DNA of 63,911 nucleotides, the filler included. It is 4 parts of 4 records of this genome, joined end to end, with 100 filler letters (N's around TTAATTAATTAA, not from the genome) between each part and the next. Parts side by side here need not be neighbours in the genome. Positions count along the whole stretch, not along the records: positions 34,161 to 48,382 come from SRR22947725_4260; positions 48,483 to 63,911 come from SRR22947725_4268; 2 more parts are not named here. One strand, given 5' to 3'. The notes under the pieces are model-generated. The model had not been told where the DNA came from and did not search any database. It saw only the letters and a list, made by a program, of their open reading frames with translations. Made by a program: the position numbers and the translations under genes. Shown one piece after another: positions 42,487 through 52,531 of the stretch. Within the stretch, counting starts at the first letter, position 1, and the number at the start of each line of letters is the position of its first letter.

Positions 42487-44038
42487 CTACGCCTTTTTCA
42501 CCTTGGACGAGCCACCCTCGAGGTCGACCAGCGCCAAAAGTTTGGCCGACACCATCACAACGGCCGCCAGCACGATGAGCTGTTGGAACCTGAGCCAGGG
42601 CTGATACGAGTACTTGATCTCCGCAATCTGCTCACGAACATGAGGCTCGCTGAAGATATTCTTCTGCGTGATCGTCACCACCGGCCTCGGGAACGCGCTC
42701 AAGAACGTGCGTTCCGAGCCCACCGTGACGTCCTGCCCGTTGGCCACCTCTGGCAGCACGGCGACGTTCGATCCTTCGGGCAAATGGATCCGCGTGACAA
42801 CGTGCTCATATACGACCTCTGTGACCGCCGGCGAGTCGACGAAGACCATTTCGTAGAGGCCCGTCTTGCCCTTGGCGACGAGCCACTGAATACCCAGCGT
42901 GTAGGACAATTCAAATTTGGTATGCCAGCCGCCAAACAGCGGGAAACGCGGCTCGAGACCCATCGCGACGTGTCTCCCGTCTTCCGTTCTGAGCACATTG
43001 GACGTGGAAATGTTTCCAATCTCGTCCCTGTAGCGAATGTCGTGCGCACCCCCGGGGAGGGTCGCCCGGAACTGCAGTGCGGCACCGCGCATGCCTTCGT
43101 CCGACAACAAAAAATCCACCCTGGAAAACTCCCCCTTGATAGACGACGCGTCGTTCCTGACATCATACACCTCCCGGAAGTGGACCTTGCCCCAATGGGA
43201 GACGTACACGTCTCGCACCACAGTGGTCCCGCGGAGCAGTGGCCGCGGCAGGGCCATGTGCAGCTGCATGGTGTCGACCGTGAACGGCTTGACGTTCTTC
43301 GTGACACTAAGCGTGATGTCCGTTCCCCCCTCCGAGATCGAACGACCCCCCTCTGACACCTTGCTCTTGATCTCGCAGGAAGGCGCCAGCGTGAGGCCCG
43401 TCTTCTCCTCTAGGATCTCGTACATGCTGAGCATCGTGCCCTGAAAAGTGACCAGTGCCATCGGCATATCCATCTGTTTTCTCTCTTTCGGGTATGGCGT
43501 CATGTGGTTCGTCGCCTTGGACATGACGACCAGCTCCCGCGCCTCACCCTCCTTCAGCGGGCTCAGGAACGCGTAGTCGACGCAGACGACGCCCTCTGGG
43601 ACGGAATTTCCCTCGGAAGCACCAACCTCATCCATCACGTTGGCCATTCCACGGTTCTCTTTGTCAAGCTCGGCCACCTGGATCGACGAGACGACCGCCG
43701 TCGACGGCAAGCAGACGGCGAACTGCCTCACGTCCTCCCCGCCAACATTCCGAGCGGTCAAAATCGCCCTGTCCAGCAGCATGGTTGGCATCAGGCCCAA
43801 CTATATGGAACACACACGGGCGTGGTGAGCGCACGGGTCCCGTCGATCCGCCACGGGACACAGAACGGGCGGGTCGTCGTCGAAACGGAGGATCAAATGG
43901 TTTTCAGAACGCGCGCGAGACGCGCACTTCCGCGGGACGTACCTCTCGATCGACCGTGTCGATCACAAGCCTTGCACTCGCCGGAGCGAGTCGGGCGAGC
44001 AGTGCGCACACCAGGGGGAGGAAGAAAATCGCATTCAT
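42487..44038 (-). CDS. RPN1: Ribophorin I (oligosaccharyltransferase subunit 1); exon1 44038-43943, intron 43801-43942
   Basis: VSHWG, FSRVDF, YRDEIGNISTS, PRFPLFGGW, ILPEG-like motif, C-terminal TM. Exon1 encodes signal peptide MNAIFFLPLVCALLARLAPASA; GAG|GTACGT...CTCAC...ATAG|TTG is in frame. Confidence 0.9.
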
Positions 44039-44041
44039 TTT

Positions 44042-45784
44042 TTACAAGAGCTCGTGGCATTCGTCCGTGGAGAAGAGCTCTCCGGCATTCATCCGCAAGG
44101 GCTTCTGGCTCTCGGTCCCGGCGCCCTCTTCGGCTACCTTGTTCCTCCAGCGGCGATACCGGACGGCCATCTTATCGTACGACACGGGGTTGGCCCACGT
44201 GTTCCCGCCGCGCTCGAGCCGGTCCTGCTGCCCCTTTACCAAGACGAGGTCCTCGCCCAGCACCTGCCCAGCAACGGCCTTCCACACCCGTTCGATACCC
44301 GGGACGAAGCGCATCCAGCCCATGAAGTCCATGGACATGCGGTAGAGAAGCCTCGTGTGACCCGGCCGCGACGGCAGGCACCAATGGTACTGCACGAGGT
44401 GGTTCCTGCAGTCGTCTGCAGACACGTTGCGCATAATCTCCCCCGGCCTCGCCAGGCCAATCTTGGAGACAGTCTGGCACGGCGGGCGGAACTCCATGTC
44501 GATCGGATACGGGTTCCAGAACCCGGACAGCGCAGCGCTTGCCGTGAACTGCACGACATCCGGGACGCTCCATCCCTTGGCGAAGGTTCCCTGATGCGTA
44601 AAAGGCGCGTGCGCCAAGTCCAACAAGTTCTCCACGAGAAGACCCGAGTCCACCGGCACCTCCACCTCGATCTCAGCATGGATCTTATACCCCTCTGGCG
44701 GCGCCCCGAGCCCTTCCGGGCTACCAATCGGCTCGGCATTCCCAGGCCACACCCATATCAACCCATCGCACTCTACAATGGGCAGCGACCGGACCTTGAT
44801 GCCAGAGCAGAACTTGGTGGAGGGCATCTTTGTGCAGGACCCCTCCCCGTCATACGTCCATCCATGGTACGGGCACTCTGCCTGCCCGTCAACCACCCTT
44901 CCAGCGCTCAGTGGGCACGCTCGATGCGCACATTCGTCCTGCAACGCCACCGGCTTGCCCTCCCCGTCCCGGAACAGCACCCACGGCTCCCCGAACAGCT
45001 CAAACGGCACCATCACGTCCTTGTCCGCCAGCTTGCTCGCGAACTGCACCGCAAACCAGTGATCCTTGAGCGCCGACTCCAGCTCCAGCGTCGACCACAG
45101 CCCCTTGCCGTTGCGCTTCGGCGCCTGTTTCTTTTGTCTTGGCGCAAGCACCTCCTCCACCCCAGCCTCCATCGCCCCCTTGCCGCCCAGGCTCTCCTCC
45201 AAAATCCTCGCCGTCGCTTTGATCTCCTCCAGCCGCTGCATATTCATCTCAATCTCCGCTTCCGTCCGCCGCAGCCTGTAGCTTGCGTCGTCCGTCTTCC
45301 GCTGCAAGGAGTCCAGAGACGCCTGCTGCTCCGCTACGGACAGCGCGTCGTCCGCGAGCATGCTGATCACCTTGGCGTTCGCCGCCTCTATCGCATCCAC
45401 AGTGCAGTCCACATCGTTATCCATGAGGTAATCGTACACCTTCGACCACGTCTTGCGAGAACGCTTCATAAACTCAACACGCTTCCGCGCCTTGACAATC
45501 TCCTCCTGGTCGACGCTGCTGGTGCCGTCCTCGAGCTTTGCCAGCCGCTCGTTCAACACCGCAAGGTCGGCCAGCTGAAGACGGGCCCGATCCGCGGCTG
45601 TCCGGACACGGAGACGGGGGGCCGAGTCTATCCAGTCTGCCTCGCTGTCCACGTCCCTCGGTGCGGCCATACGACGCAGCCTGGAGGACACCAGACCTTC
45701 TCTACTGTTCCTTCCACGAGTATAATCAACTCCCAGGCATCGCGGGGACGAAGTCGCCTGCATGTTGGCGGGAAACGCCGTCAT
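44042..45784 (-). CDS. CAO: Chlorophyllide a oxygenase (single-chain, with N-terminal extension)
   Basis: Rieske CAHRACPLS...CPYHGW, ENLLDLAHAPFTH, TFAKGW, QVLGEDLVLVKGQQDRL, PVSYDK. Confidence 0.95.
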   Translation of the reverse strand: MTAFPANMQATSSPRCLGVDYTRGRNSREGLVSSRLRRMAAPRDVDSEADWIDSAPRLRVRTAADRARLQLADLAVLNERLAKLEDGTSSVDQEEIVKARKRVEFMKRSRKTWSKVYDYLMDNDVDCTVDAIEAANAKVISMLADDALSVAEQQASLDSLQRKTDDASYRLRRTEAEIEMNMQRLEEIKATARILEESLGGKGAMEAGVEEVLAPRQKKQAPKRNGKGLWSTLELESALKDHWFAVQFASKLADKDVMVPFELFGEPWVLFRDGEGKPVALQDECAHRACPLSAGRVVDGQAECPYHGWTYDGEGSCTKMPSTKFCSGIKVRSLPIVECDGLIWVWPGNAEPIGSPEGLGAPPEGYKIHAEIEVEVPVDSGLLVENLLDLAHAPFTHQGTFAKGWSVPDVVQFTASAALSGFWNPYPIDMEFRPPCQTVSKIGLARPGEIMRNVSADDCRNHLVQYHWCLPSRPGHTRLLYRMSMDFMGWMRFVPGIERVWKAVAGQVLGEDLVLVKGQQDRLERGGNTWANPVSYDKMAVRYRRWRNKVAEEGAGTESQKPLRMNAGELFSTDECHELL

Positions 45785-46501
45785 GAGGCGTTTTCCGAGA
45801 ATTTCCGTATCCTCCTACGTCCGTCTCCGCTGTGCTACACGTCGCCGGGGCCTCGAGCCGTGCGGATGGGTTATCAGATGGATGATGCGTCTCGAGAACG
45901 TGACGAGGGATGCTTTCAAGGGAAATTTCTGTGACCCGATCTCGTTATCCTGTAGAGGATCCTCGAGCGAGCGAGATACGGCCTTCGAAGGCGAGGAATT
46001 CCTCGCGCGAGGGCGCGAGGACGCGTCCAGTGCAGTGTGTTTCTGGCAGGATAGAAGACCCTCGTCTCTCGTCTCTCATTCCATCCCCGTTTCGTCACCA
46101 TTCTTTATTCATAAGCCTACACTACGCACACATACCCCATTTCAGCACGTTTGAAGCGTGTAAAAGTGGTCGCTGCGTGAAACCCGTGCCCCCAACGAAA
46201 ATCGTTGACCAAAGCATCGGACGCCATATAGGCTCGTGTGAGGACAGTGTTCCGTCGGAGGACGTTCTTGCATATATTAATACTATTCCCGGCGCGCAGG
46301 GGCGTCATACGACACCATCACACTAGGGCAAAAAACCATGCTGGTCCATTTGAAAAAATTTGCGTTGAAGAAATTCTACAGGTTCTGGTTTGGCTCTGGG
46401 CCAGAGGGAAAGAACAAATACATCTTCTGGCTGATCATCGTGGGCGTCGCGCACGGGTTTGCAAACGGGGAGAGGGGGAATGCGCGGATTTCTGACAAAG
46501 G

Positions 46502-48175
46502 ATGGCAGGCTCGTCGTCGTTCCAGCTCTTGGTCTTCGTCTCGGTCTTCGCCTGTATATCCGCATTTCTATTCGGCTACGACCTCGGCTCGGTGCGTATC
46601 AGGAGTCTTCCTCGATGCGCTGTGCTCTCGCGTTCTGTTTTCCCAACGTTCTCACGTTCTCACGTTCACCCGCGCGCGGTTCTGCAGATCGGGCCTGCGT
46701 TACCACGCATCAAGGAATCGCTTGCCACCTCCGATGCCGTTGACGAGGTGATTGTTGGGGTGGCCAAGCTGGGGGCGGTGGCCGGGGCGGTGCTGGGCGC
46801 GATCGTGATGAAGTACGGCCGCAAGCCGGCCATGGTGTGTGATGTGCTGTTCTTTTTGGCGGGGCCGGTGGTGATGTTTGGGTTCGTGGGATACGCGAAC
46901 GTGGCGCTCCTGATCACCGGGAGGTTGCTCTTGGGGATCGGGATCGGGGTGAGCGCGGTGGTGGTTCCGGCGTATCTTGGGGAGGTGAGCCCGGCAAAGT
47001 ATCGTGGTCGGGTGGTTGGGGCGTACGAGCTGATGTTGTGCTTGGGGTTTCTGTGTGCTTCGCTTGTTGACGCGTTGTTGGACAGTCTGGGTGCATCCTG
47101 GATGTGGATGGTGGGAATGCCGCTGCTGCCGGCAACGGTCATGGCGATGTTTGTTTGGAGGATCCCGGAGAGCCCGCGGTGGTTAGTGGCCGAGGGAAGA
47201 CTGGATGAGGCTCTGGCGGTGATGAAAGAGATTCATGGGTCCTCTGGGAACGACGAGTTGCTTGTGACAGTCGAACACGAGTTGCTGGAGTGCTGGAGCT
47301 CGGTGCAGAGAGAGTTGGCGCCGAGCGGGTCCATAGAGCTGGGTCCGATCGGTGTCAGCCGTCGGAATTCAAGCCTGAGAATGACGGAGGATGCGACGAC
47401 CCAGGGCAAGGACGGCAAGGGCGGCAAGGAAAACCTGGACAGCGGTGAGGGTAACCCGCTGCTGCCACCGGGCACCAATGCGTCCGACATTGACGGGTCG
47501 GCACCTCACACCGCGCAGAGAAAGCTGACGTTGTTTCAGTCGATCTATCGGCTATCAAGGGGTGGCGAACGGCGGGCATTTTGGACGGTCATGGCGCTTG
47601 CATTCTTCAACCAATCGTGTGCATCGACGGCCATCCTGAACTATGCGCCGGTCGTGTTTGAGAGCCAGGGTGTCGCTGCTGCAAACGCTTCTTTCTTTTC
47701 GGCAGTGACGGGTTTCGCAAAGCTGCTGGGCGTGACGGTGTCGTTTTTCCTGGTGGACCGCATGGGGAGACGGCCGCTTCTGATTTGGGGTTCCGTCGGA
47801 TCTGCGATGAGCCTGCTGGTGGTCGCCCTCGCAGATGCTCTCGCCTCCGTCAGCCTGATGGTATCGGGGATGAGCTTGTTTATCTTCTTCTTTTCGCTCA
47901 GCTGGGCCGAGGTCTTCTGGGTCATCATCTCCGAAGTGTTCACCATGAAGGCCAAGTCGGCCGGTGTTGCGGTGTGCACTGCGACGTTGTTTCTTGTCGG
48001 GAGCGCGGCAGATATGCTGTTCCTGACAATATGGAACACGTTGGGGTTTGCGTCGTTCATCCTGTATTCAACGATCGCGCTTGCCGGCGGCGCGTTTGTG
48101 TACTTGTTTCTACCCGAGACGTCCGGGCGCTCGCTCGCAGAGGTTCAAGAGGCCTTCGCGAGCGTCAGGCTGTGA
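46502..48175 (+). CDS. MFS sugar/inositol porter; in-frame intron 46592-46687
   Basis: FLFGYDLG, YGRK, PAYLGEVSPAKYRG, PESPRW, DRMGRRPLL, PETSGRSL. Removing the GTGCGT...CTGCAG 96-nt intron restores TM1. Confidence 0.9.
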   Translation: MAGSSSFQLLVFVSVFACISAFLFGYDLGSVRIRSLPRCAVLSRSVFPTFSRSHVHPRAVLQIGPALPRIKESLATSDAVDEVIVGVAKLGAVAGAVLGAIVMKYGRKPAMVCDVLFFLAGPVVMFGFVGYANVALLITGRLLLGIGIGVSAVVVPAYLGEVSPAKYRGRVVGAYELMLCLGFLCASLVDALLDSLGASWMWMVGMPLLPATVMAMFVWRIPESPRWLVAEGRLDEALAVMKEIHGSSGNDELLVTVEHELLECWSSVQRELAPSGSIELGPIGVSRRNSSLRMTEDATTQGKDGKGGKENLDSGEGNPLLPPGTNASDIDGSAPHTAQRKLTLFQSIYRLSRGGERRAFWTVMALAFFNQSCASTAILNYAPVVFESQGVAAANASFFSAVTGFAKLLGVTVSFFLVDRMGRRPLLIWGSVGSAMSLLVVALADALASVSLMVSGMSLFIFFFSLSWAEVFWVIISEVFTMKAKSAGVAVCTATLFLVGSAADMLFLTIWNTLGFASFILYSTIALAGGAFVYLFLPETSGRSLAEVQEAFASVRL

Positions 48176-48257
48176 AAACGTCGTCGGGTATTGTAAAATA
48201 GTCATATTATTGAGATTGTTCCGTCTGTCGATATAGTCGGCCGTGCGGACAGACTGC

Positions 48258-48382
48258 TTAGCCCCACGGGTTGACTCCTCCCGCTGGGACCCCCGGCACG
48301 TTCACTTTTGGCGCCTGGTTTGCCACGGGCGCATCGTTGACGGTGTTAGCATCCCCGCCAAACAGGTTCGCCAGCGGCGGAC
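48258..48382 (-). CDS. Possible C-terminal fragment of a convergent gene
   Basis: Open frame PPLANLFGGDANTV...GGVNPWG* entering from the contig edge; no recognisable domain. Confidence 0.3.
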
Positions 48383-48482
48383 NNNNNNNNNNNNNNNNNN
48401 NNNNNNNNNNNNNNNNNNNNNNNNNNTTAATTAATTAANNNNNNNNNNNNNNNNNNNNNNNNNNNNNNNNNNNNNNNNNNNN
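48383..48482. other. Artificial contig linker
   Basis: Same spacer. Confidence 0.98.
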
Positions 48483-48601
48483 GGTATCTGGAAGGCGAGC
48501 CTGTTCATAATGATGTTGTTCTTATGCCTGATGAGCAGACCTCGCATGTTGCTTTATGTGTTGCTGGATGCCGATCTAGCAAACTTGTTCTTGACATATA
48601 G
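48483..48601 (+). CDS. C-terminus of a PDR/VanB-type oxygenase reductase (2Fe-2S ferredoxin domain)
   Basis: Manual translation YLEGEPVHNDVVLMPDEQTSHVALCVAGCRSSKLVLDI* fits the GEPDHRD..L...CVS...LVLDL ending of this family. Confidence 0.8.
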
Positions 48602-48646
48602 GGGATGAAAACAATTTTTCTGTATTTACATAGATATATATATATA

Positions 48647-49444
48647 TCAAACAGATAAGGGCACCTTATTGATGAAGTTAACAATAGCTGTATCAAATAG
48701 CTCAGGTTGCTCTACGATTGCTAAATGTGATGCATTTTCGATAACAAAAAGCTTGCAGTTAACACATGTCGCTGCAATGGCTTCTGCTTCTGCTATCGGT
48801 GTAGCTTTGTCCTCGGCACCAGTGATCAGTAACATTTCAGTGTCAATTTCAGAAAGCTTGTCCATTATATCAAAGTCCCTGACAGCCATTGTAGCGCCTA
48901 TATATCCAACTTTTGCTGTGGCATTTACCATTTTTCGAACTGCATTTACCACGTTTGAATTGTTGGCTACAAAATTAGGGGCATACCAACGCTCATTGAG
49001 TTCATCAAACATGGAGTCCAGCCCATGTTCCTGAATTCTTGCAATTCGTTGGTCAAAAGGTGCGCTTTTTTGAACCGAAGCGCTCGCACCTGCAAGAATC
49101 ATTTGGTTAAATCTATGTGGTTCATGTGCGGCCAACCACAAGCCGATCATACTGCCAAGGGAAAGACCAATAAGAGAGCAACGGCGAATATCAAGATGAT
49201 CAAGCAGATGCAGTACATCCTTAGCAAGCATCTCAATGGAATAGGGGGCAGTAAAGACATCAGATTGGCCATGGCCACGCAAATCCAGCCTAACAATTTT
49301 ATGACTATCTTCAAACAATGCTATTTGCCTGTCCCAGAGGCACTGGTTGGCTCCAAGTGAATGACAAAATAGAAGAACATCACCATCAGATAAGCCAGAC
49401 GTCTCATAAGCAAGATTACCATCAGCAAGTTTTAGGAAATCCAT
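48647..49444 (-). CDS. 3-oxoadipate enol-lactonase (PcaD)-like alpha/beta hydrolase
   Basis: HSLGANQCLWDRQ, DLRGHGQSD, GLSLG, GAEDKATP, SHLAIVEQP. Confidence 0.8.
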   Translation of the reverse strand: MDFLKLADGNLAYETSGLSDGDVLLFCHSLGANQCLWDRQIALFEDSHKIVRLDLRGHGQSDVFTAPYSIEMLAKDVLHLLDHLDIRRCSLIGLSLGSMIGLWLAAHEPHRFNQMILAGASASVQKSAPFDQRIARIQEHGLDSMFDELNERWYAPNFVANNSNVVNAVRKMVNATAKVGYIGATMAVRDFDIMDKLSEIDTEMLLITGAEDKATPIAEAEAIAATCVNCKLFVIENASHLAIVEQPELFDTAIVNFINKVPLSV

Positions 49445-49675
49445 AATGTCACCAATCCTTAAAATTATTTATTTTACAAAATTACCAAGCCACAGGCTGA
49501 CACAAATTCAAGCAGGGACAAACAAACTTTTTGCCAGATGTTTTGTACTAGGAAATGATAAATGGCGACGTGTTTATTCTTTCGGGTCTTTGAAGCACAA
49601 GAATAATGCCATAAATTTTGATTGTGCCAGAGGCGTTTTGCCAATGGGATGGTTCGAGTCAACGAAAGCGATTGC

Positions 49676-51151
49676 ATGATGAGATACTTTTCGCATTTCA
49701 TAAATGGCGAGACTGTTAAGCCGCAAAATAATGACTGGATTGATAGTGTCAACCCAGCCACCGGTAAGATATGGGCGCGGTTTGCGCGGGGAAATGCAGT
49801 CGATGTTGAACTGGCAGTAAACGCTGCTTACAACGCTTACCAGAAGCCCGAATGGCGAGCTGATAGCAATACACGCATTAATGTTCTTCATGCTATTGCA
49901 GATCGAATTGACCAAAATTTTGAACAGCTTGTTGAGGTTGAAGTCAATGATAACGGTAAACGTATCCGCGAAGTGAATGGCCAGATGTCAACCCTTGGCG
50001 GTTGGTACAGGCATTTTGCTAATGATCTTGAGAAGCTTGCGCCCGACAAATTGACGCTGGATATTAAAGACATTACCGCCCGGCTGGAATTGATGCCTTA
50101 TGGAGTGATTGCCGCAATAACAGCTTGGAATTCACCATTAATGATCGCAGCATGGAAACTGGCACCTGCGCTGGCGGCAGGCAATGCAGTAATCATCAAA
50201 CCATCAGAAATGGCGTCGGCATCTACCGTCGTTTTTGCCGAATTGATTGCACCGGTGACCCCGGCAGGATTGGTGAATGTTTTGACCGGGTTTGGCAATG
50301 AGGTTGGAGCTGCGCTTGTAGCTGCGGAAAAGGTACGAAAGGTAACTTTTACCGGATCTGAAATTGGTGGTGCAAAAGTTGCGGGCGTTGCAGCACAGCA
50401 TGTCAAACCTACGACTCTTGAACTTGGGGGAAAGTCGCCTCAATTAGTATTCGCTGATGCCGATCTTGAAAGTACTGTCAATGGTGTGATGTCAGGCATT
50501 TTTCTATCTAATGGCCAGACATGTGTGGCTGGATCACGGTTGATAATTCATCAATCTATCAAGAACGAGTTTATTAACAAATTACTAGATAGGATTGCCA
50601 AACTTAAATTTGGCGATCCGATGGATTATCATACAGACGTTGGCCCCATTGCAAACAAGCCGCAATTTGAAAAAGTTTTAGCAATGATTGCTACTGCGCT
50701 TGATGAAGGTGCAACTATCGTCACTGGGGGGTATGCTCAGACAGTTGATGGTTTTGATAATGGCTATTTTGTCGCGCCAACTATTCTTGAAAATGTGTCG
50801 GTTGATGCCACAATATGGCAGGAGGAAGTGTTTGGACCCGTATTATGTGTATCAAGTTTTGATACAGCTAAGGAGGCTGTTTCATTGGCCAATGACAGTG
50901 CCTTTGGCCTTGCTGCAGGGGTCTGGAGTGGCGACATAGCCTTTGCTAACAATATTGCCAGCCAAATTGACGCTGGAACCGTTTATGTAAATCACTACCG
51001 TTCCGTAAGTGCATGCGCACCAGTTGGTGGCGTAAAAAAATCAGGGTATGGGCGCGAGCTTGGCCCTAATGCAATCAAGGATTTTATGCAGGAAAAGGCA
51101 GTTTGGCTGGGTACAGCTTCAACACCTAATCCATTTGAGCCACTAATGTAG
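49676..51151 (+). CDS. Aldehyde dehydrogenase
   Basis: AWNSPL, FTGSE, LELGGKSP, GQTCVAGSR, EEVFGP, GYGRE; ATG 49676. Confidence 0.95.
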   Translation: MMRYFSHFINGETVKPQNNDWIDSVNPATGKIWARFARGNAVDVELAVNAAYNAYQKPEWRADSNTRINVLHAIADRIDQNFEQLVEVEVNDNGKRIREVNGQMSTLGGWYRHFANDLEKLAPDKLTLDIKDITARLELMPYGVIAAITAWNSPLMIAAWKLAPALAAGNAVIIKPSEMASASTVVFAELIAPVTPAGLVNVLTGFGNEVGAALVAAEKVRKVTFTGSEIGGAKVAGVAAQHVKPTTLELGGKSPQLVFADADLESTVNGVMSGIFLSNGQTCVAGSRLIIHQSIKNEFINKLLDRIAKLKFGDPMDYHTDVGPIANKPQFEKVLAMIATALDEGATIVTGGYAQTVDGFDNGYFVAPTILENVSVDATIWQEEVFGPVLCVSSFDTAKEAVSLANDSAFGLAAGVWSGDIAFANNIASQIDAGTVYVNHYRSVSACAPVGGVKKSGYGRELGPNAIKDFMQEKAVWLGTASTPNPFEPLM

Positions 51152-51175
51152 CCTAAAGCTAAAAAGGAGAATTTT

Positions 51176-52531
51176 ATGACAGATAGTATCAATTTACCTG
51201 AAGGTAATTTCCGTGGACACAGCAAACAGGGTGTTTGGTCTGAGGCACCTGATCCGATTTTAGCCGAAGTTGGCCCAGGTACTCCCTGCGGCGAATATCA
51301 GAGGCGTTTCTGGATGCCTGTGGCAATGACAAACCAGTTTGACGAAAAGCCTTACCGCATCCGTATTCTTGGTGAAGATTTGGTTTTGTTTCGTGAGAAG
51401 GGTGGGCAGTTGGGATTGGTGCATCTACATTGCGCACACCGTAATATGTCACTTGAGTTTGGTATTATTGAGGAAGGCGGTATCCGCTGTAGTTATCACG
51501 GCTGGAAATATAATATTGACGGAACAATATTGGAAACGCCATGCGAACCAAAGGCGAGTAAAATTAAAGAAAAAGTATGTTTGGGCGCTTATCCGGTTGT
51601 TGAATATAAAGGTCTTGCTTTCACCTATATGGGGCCGCCAGACAAAATGCCGCCATTTCCGTTTTATGACACCTTTGATGAAGAAGGTGACGAAATGCTG
51701 CCCTATCTAATTGACTCACCCTGTAATTGGTTACAGGTTATGGAAAATGCGTGGGATCCTTTCCATACGGTTTATCTCCACACTAAGGCTGTGCGGTCTC
51801 AATTCATTGATGCTTTTGCCGAATTACCTCGTATCGAATATTTCTCAACAGAAATTGGGGATTTTTATACAAACACCAGACGTGTGGGGGATATTATCTG
51901 GCTAAGAGTGCATGACAAGGTGCTACCGTCTTTTACCCAGAATGGCGGTCACTTTCCAACGCCAGATGACTCACTATATTTTGGACGTTGCGGCCTTTCC
52001 CGTTGGGTGGTGCCTATTGATGATGAAAACACCCGCGTCATTGCATGGCGCCATTTCCGCGAGGGAGATGATCCAAAAGGCATGACAAACCGAGATGAGG
52101 TTGGTTTTGGCAAGACAGATTTTTATGGCCAAGGCGCCGATAGATCTTATGACCAGCGGCAAAGGGATCCAGGTGACTATGATGCGTGGGTATCACAGGG
52201 ACCAAAAAATATTCATGCGCGGGAAAATATGGGTTTTACCGACCGCGGCGTTGCTAAAGTAAGGCGAAAACTGCGCATAGCTATCAAAGAAGTCGAAGAT
52301 GGCGGTGATGTCATTCAACCATCATCCCATCAGGCGAGCCCTATTCCGACCTATGGGGGGGATACGATGCTTCGTGTTCCTCTGGTAGAAGGCCGTGATG
52401 ATGAAGCTGTATTGCGTGAAGTTGCACATGAGGTGGCCGCGATTTATATGTCTGCTGATGTTATGCAAGGTGCTAAGCGCACTGAATATATCCGTGAAAA
52501 GCTGAAGGCGTATGAGGCTAAATGGGCATGA
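51176..52531 (+). CDS. Rieske non-heme iron oxygenase (phthalate 4,5-dioxygenase/LigX/PobA-like alpha-only group)
   Basis: EVGPGTPCGEYQRRFWMP, CAHR...CSYHGW, ENAWDPFHTVYLH, DYDAWVSQG. Confidence 0.9.
   Translation: MTDSINLPEGNFRGHSKQGVWSEAPDPILAEVGPGTPCGEYQRRFWMPVAMTNQFDEKPYRIRILGEDLVLFREKGGQLGLVHLHCAHRNMSLEFGIIEEGGIRCSYHGWKYNIDGTILETPCEPKASKIKEKVCLGAYPVVEYKGLAFTYMGPPDKMPPFPFYDTFDEEGDEMLPYLIDSPCNWLQVMENAWDPFHTVYLHTKAVRSQFIDAFAELPRIEYFSTEIGDFYTNTRRVGDIIWLRVHDKVLPSFTQNGGHFPTPDDSLYFGRCGLSRWVVPIDDENTRVIAWRHFREGDDPKGMTNRDEVGFGKTDFYGQGADRSYDQRQRDPGDYDAWVSQGPKNIHARENMGFTDRGVAKVRRKLRIAIKEVEDGGDVIQPSSHQASPIPTYGGDTMLRVPLVEGRDDEAVLREVAHEVAAIYMSADVMQGAKRTEYIREKLKAYEAKWA

Noticed and set aside
44054-45934. 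626-aa ORF antisense to CAO
   Set aside because: Codon-aligned shadow expected in GC-rich coding DNA; no domain features.
46338-46751. ORF upstream of and overlapping the sugar transporter
   Set aside because: Overlaps the transporter out of frame and has no recognisable family; at most a uORF.
48633-48648. (AT)n palindrome between convergent bacterial genes
   Set aside because: Short low-complexity run; at most a weak terminator.
49445-49675. Sigma54 promoter near TGGCAC on the minus strand
   Set aside because: No correctly spaced -12 TTGC element.
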